Below, in pieces: positions 62,701 to 64,000 of a stretch of 64,000 nucleotides of DNA. Numbering within the stretch: the first letter of the stretch is position 1; the number at the start of each line of letters is the position of its first letter. The notes below the pieces were generated by a model. The model was not told the DNA's origin and did not search any database. It saw only the letters and a list, made by a program, of their open reading frames with translations. Origin of the DNA: Naegleria gruberi. Taxonomy: Eukaryota. The DNA lies in assembly GCA_000004985.1 (NCBI GenBank), contig GG738845.1, one strand, 5' to 3'. Position numbers and translations under genes: made by a program.

Positions 62701-64000
62701 ATCTTCTGTAAAAGTCACACTTTTGGACAAACCAAAATCAACAATTATTAGAGTGTTAGTTTCCCCTCCTAGGAGTGCTGATTTGACAGCAGTTGATCCT
62801 TCTACTGAACTAGTTCTTCAAGCTACAACAATGGATACATTGAGTTCAGATAGAGTCTTTACTTGGAGCTCTCCTGATATTGACCTTACCTCAATTACCA
62901 CTTCCAACAAGTATATTGTAATTCCAAAGAGCTCTCTCGTTCCAGGAACTTCCAATACTGTTAAAGTTAAGATTGTAGATGGCACTAGATCTGGAGAGGC
63001 TGAAATTTCTTTCTCTGTTAACTCTCCTCCAACACAAGGTATTTTAGAAGTCACACCATCCACAGGTATTGCTTTATCTGATGAATTCCAAATTAAGTGT
63101 GGAAATGGTTGGTACGATGTTCAACTTCCTTTATCTTTCAAATTCATGTACAAGGAAGAAAATCAAACAAATTGGAAAACTCTATCAGAACAATCAGAGA
63201 AGAGATCCTTGGCAACATCCTTACCATTTGGTGTGTTGCAAATCAAAGCCATTGTTTACGACTCATTGGGAGCATCGACTGAAGCAATCACTACAGTAAC
63301 CACTATACTTCCAGATGCTGGAGCAGTCCTGAGCATTTTAACCTCACAACAAGGGACAGTCACTGTTTCAACACTTGCTTCTGCTCTCAGTGTTGTTGGA
63401 TCAGTTACGGGATTGACTACAGATCAAAAAGCAGCAATGCAAGAGGCCAGTAAGACTTTTGTTAACAAGTACTTTGAACAACAATCTCAAAAAGACAGTT
63501 TGCTTGAAGAATCATCTTCCTCTGCCTCATCTAAACTTTCAGTTATTTCTTCTATCAGTAATTTTGTAAAAAATCTCCCTGATGAGACTGTTTCAATGGT
63601 TATTCAAAAATTCTCTAAAACTATGGGTTCTGCTTCTACTAGTTCCTCAATTAGTATGGGTAGTGACGATATTTCCTCATCAACCAAGTCAGCAAACTCT
63701 CTCAGAGAACACGTTACTCAAAACATGGCTAAGAGATTTATTTCTTCCTTCACCAAGAATGATTTGAAGACGATTGACGATGTTTATGCCAGTCTTGTTA
63801 GCATTCAAGTTAAATCTTCTGTCGCTGATATGCCAGCCACTAGAGGAGAGGGTGTGGACTCAAACACTTATGCAAGACTTGTCAGTATTCCAACTTTGAA
63901 TGGATTGTCAGAATTGGTTAAGGATCAGGGTGTCTCTTCATTCAAACTTTCATCAACATTTGGTGATAATTCCAAGATTAAGAGTTTAGATAGTGTTAAA
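56708..64000 (+). CDS. Giant secreted EGF/laminin-EGF-repeat protein (over 2430 aa inside the window, 3' end beyond the window). Signal peptide, about 45 Cys-rich EGF-like modules, then a Cys-poor beta-rich region with a REJ/PKD-like character
   Basis: The ATG at 56708-56710 gives MRIRNYCFIVIALLLLCSGVILVRG (a signal peptide). The frame then stays open to the window end. Repeated CxxxxCxNGxCxCxxGxxGxxC modules are typical of tenascin/laminin-type EGF. From about 61500 the sequence switches to S/T/V-rich beta-strand repeats with recurring LLFSWSN / VFTWSSPD motifs. The gene is absent from the ORF track because no stop codon occurs before position 64000. Confidence 0.8.
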   Translation, partial: MRIRNYCFIVIALLLLCSGVILVRGLSCSKEEDCADSSGSCINGKCECWNNHKTGDYCDVCIRGYVGANCEDCAAGFTKDPQDGSTCLANCNPACYRGDCVGTNLCECNTGWDGATCNVCAKGYSGTDAFGNLLCDVKTCVPGCGYHGKCDVPPSTCKCDYGWEGAVCNIPQCYGNYACGNNSYCSSAFECSCVEGYNQTAAGCVPNVYNCPVPCGDHMKCNSSLLCACEQGYDSINGACYKTCPSNSVRSGTDCVCVAGYSLNNGVCEKECKDCTNGVCSNGVCTCNDGFEKKGEYCYKPCSVFTGTVGATCAIGGICKANGPFFSCSCSESGKEEFNGVCRTPCNPACGENTECNENSICQCKSTLDQDKYSFDNATRKCYPNCTKCKLEHQTCNNPDDANCFCDRVRGYLPIYDSNGVVISCEKPCNPACMGYSHCVNGDHCECDTGYTNYGNEYGCVKTCTSACIGLSWCSDAICYCPSGYQQHSNSTSIWCEPVCSTPCGANMECSAPDNCTCKAGYEVIGSECIKLCPSNSVRSGTDCVCVAGYSLNNGVCEKECSPECTNGVCSNGVCTCNDGFEKKGAYCYKPCSGFTGTVGAPCAAGGICKANGPFFSCSCSESGKEEFNGVCRTPCNPACGENAECNENSICQCKSNLDQAKYSFDNATRKCYPNCTKCKLEHQTCNNPDDANCFCDRVRGYLPIYDSNGVVISCEKPCNPACMGYSHCVNGDHCECDTGYTDYGNEYGCVKTCTSACIGLSWCSDAICYCPSGYQQHSNSTSIWCEPVCSTPCGINKQCSAPEECSCKIGFDDVKEVCVESCQVGYSRAEDDDKCYADCKVCGAHSSCYHSECVCDLGYQVDARGDCSSVVHDNSTGNTTAGNSSTSGGCDPICNPTTSSCLDGACICKDNLEMIGGECVHVCSLDCGIHGICQNTTGSATCNCTDFFEGMACSTCKSGFSLINDRCVCDDSSGRALVGENCICNSVASFKQVGTECVRSEPNCRYGCGNGLCRFVNNVTSDTECVCSAGFISTNQSNCNDCDSNQGLILSNGLCVCNVRLGFRLSTIDGKCKISTPICADKCGNGECQFVDSTTDLAECKCNVGYMTVRGSGKMCSECATGYSLSNGVCKLICPEEYSGDDCSTYTPTSACVNPPSNSLSFCKSVVSYQVKNTLYIQGAQSPSQAKEMFFTNMKSVDEAASNILSQVLNEFAKQNMSCDSNCIAVSTKSICYQYISSCSVDNSNVAVEKKLCKSVCNYILNNEVVTYPDVYANSCNRLPETNCFYGTYLPPATSCFGVPYLNSSVCSGKGRCVDTDSCSCNQGFTGRNCQLPFCFNIDSSDRLVCSSNGECVGVNKCNCKSGFTGKDCSIINCNGKSEAEGGCSFHGQCSAEHKCVCSGNFVGASCSECATGFTGVNCDIPICNGIKANDKTVCSSRGSCIVDGGEPKCSCSSGYSGTSCQNFKCNDIDRSSSDACSKHGKCIAQNTCVCAGNFDPLRYCSTCTPAFNGTDCTERICSDELTCSAHGKCNSNFKCDCQGNWVGDFCNQCKDGFVGTNCQFECSPSTKCSGRGSCNMDGTCQCTGNSIGKNCEQCATGWFGAKCDFSIDSTSFGFSSKGDSLYGTVYSNLKKKFACSDLVTTTDILGIGAVCVLNPEKSSMEIILGLSASVKIGSTLQFKKYFDSLETTQVTISTKDYVAVSPLANLISDKPSVSKACGKVYLDASSSVSIDRRTLLFSWSNILAPTTHDADTLNAFLSSVTSSGVYIGGADLSVGSYSVQVTVTSSFSLEKSTSTVSFDVSDLTSPTVAIKEGLESSIIIGKSSVITPTVTFPSCYKGEGPISYVYTLDTTKSINVDVKQKGELLIFNDDYTKITEEGDYYFILTTTQKGAADVKVPFKVTAKALPLVVSFSVRDMVQSFENDVTFTIITRDPSNPSNPGGDVVLSCTNLDTATTCDGFSNSASNINQTTRSFKQGMQPGTYMFTATYTKGSRKSQSSVKVTLLDKPKSTIIRVLVSPPRSADLTAVDPSTELVLQATTMDTLSSDRVFTWSSPDIDLTSITTSNKYIVIPKSSLVPGTSNTVKVKIVDGTRSGEAEISFSVNSPPTQGILEVTPSTGIALSDEFQIKCGNGWYDVQLPLSFKFMYKEENQTNWKTLSEQSEKRSLATSLPFGVLQIKAIVYDSLGASTEAITTVTTILPDAGAVLSILTSQQGTVTVSTLASALSVVGSVTGLTTDQKAAMQEASKTFVNKYFEQQSQKDSLLEESSSSASSKLSVISSISNFVKNLPDETVSMVIQKFSKTMGSASTSSSISMGSDDISSSTKSANSLREHVTQNMAKRFISSFTKNDLKTIDDVYASLVSIQVKSSVADMPATRGEGVDSNTYARLVSIPTLNGLSELVKDQGVSSFKLSSTFGDNSKIKSLDSVK
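57436..59170 (+). repeat. Near-identical tandem duplication (2 x about 867 bp, over 95% identity) inside the EGF-repeat gene. It duplicates a block of about 8 EGF modules (289 aa)
   Basis: Copy 1 starts tgtccttctaatagtgttagatctggaactgattgtgtttgtgttgcaggatattcc at 57436. Copy 2 starts with the identical string at 58304. The ORF-track shadow ORFs 57501..57935 and 58368..58961 (MVYVKKNV...PMEFAPMEFVHVMMVLKRRE...) are the same out-of-frame reading of the two copies. They are offset by 867 nt, with a 3-nt indel (KDC versus SPEC). Confidence 0.8.

Noticed and set aside
1-64000. Prokaryotic interpretation (operons, CRISPR arrays, phage or integrative elements)
   Set aside because: The genes contain spliceosomal introns with GTAAGT donors. 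They encode exclusively eukaryotic families (actin, ARL6, Hop2, PCIF1, RNMT, Misato, TFIIIC, MARCH). Poly-Q/N tracts are present. The tRNA has a eukaryote-type intron and lacks an encoded CCA. No direct-repeat/spacer arrays are present.

Overview
This window is eukaryotic nuclear DNA, not prokaryotic. It is AT-rich and compact: about 36 protein-coding genes lie on both strands with 0.2-1.4 kb spacers. The code is standard and stops line up with where homologs end. Genes carry 0-3 short spliceosomal introns with GTAAGT or GTATGT donors and AG acceptors. Eleven of the 14 introns I mapped by hand have fixed coordinates: seven are 39-48 nt (three exactly 39 nt), the other four 62-210 nt; the rest are looser estimates. 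Start codons sit in an A-rich AAAAATG context, and many proteins have poly-Q (CAA)n, poly-N and poly-S tracts. Codon usage looks dictyostelid or amoebozoan (CAA, AAT, TTA, AGA, GGT, CCA), but intergenic DNA lacks the extreme homopolymer runs of D. discoideum. The window also holds an unmistakable ARL6/BBS3 GTPase and a polycystin/REJ-like extracellular module, so a ciliated or flagellated AT-rich protist lineage seems more likely; the organism stays unassigned. Genes I recognise with reasonable confidence: ITPase with a His/Cys-rich insertion, riboflavin kinase, Hop2, a PCIF1/CAPAM cap m6Am methyltransferase homolog, a rhomboid protease, a myristoylated PAS-PAS class III adenylyl cyclase, TFIIIC subunit 6, mRNA cap guanine-N7 methyltransferase, an AlkB-family dioxygenase, Misato/DML1, ARL6, pyridoxal kinase, an SLC35 nucleotide-sugar transporter, a divergent actin, a RAD51 paralog, a TLDc protein, a RING-CH (MARCH) E3 ligase, and a giant secreted EGF-repeat protein that runs off the window end and is therefore missing from the ORF track. 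There is one intron-containing tRNA-Leu(AAG) on the minus strand with a Pol III T-run terminator. I found no CRISPR array, operon or recognisable transposon. The 'M' starts in the ORF track include TTG/GTG starts, so I corrected several starts by hand. Functional calls rest on motif and homology recognition by eye; I ran no searches.
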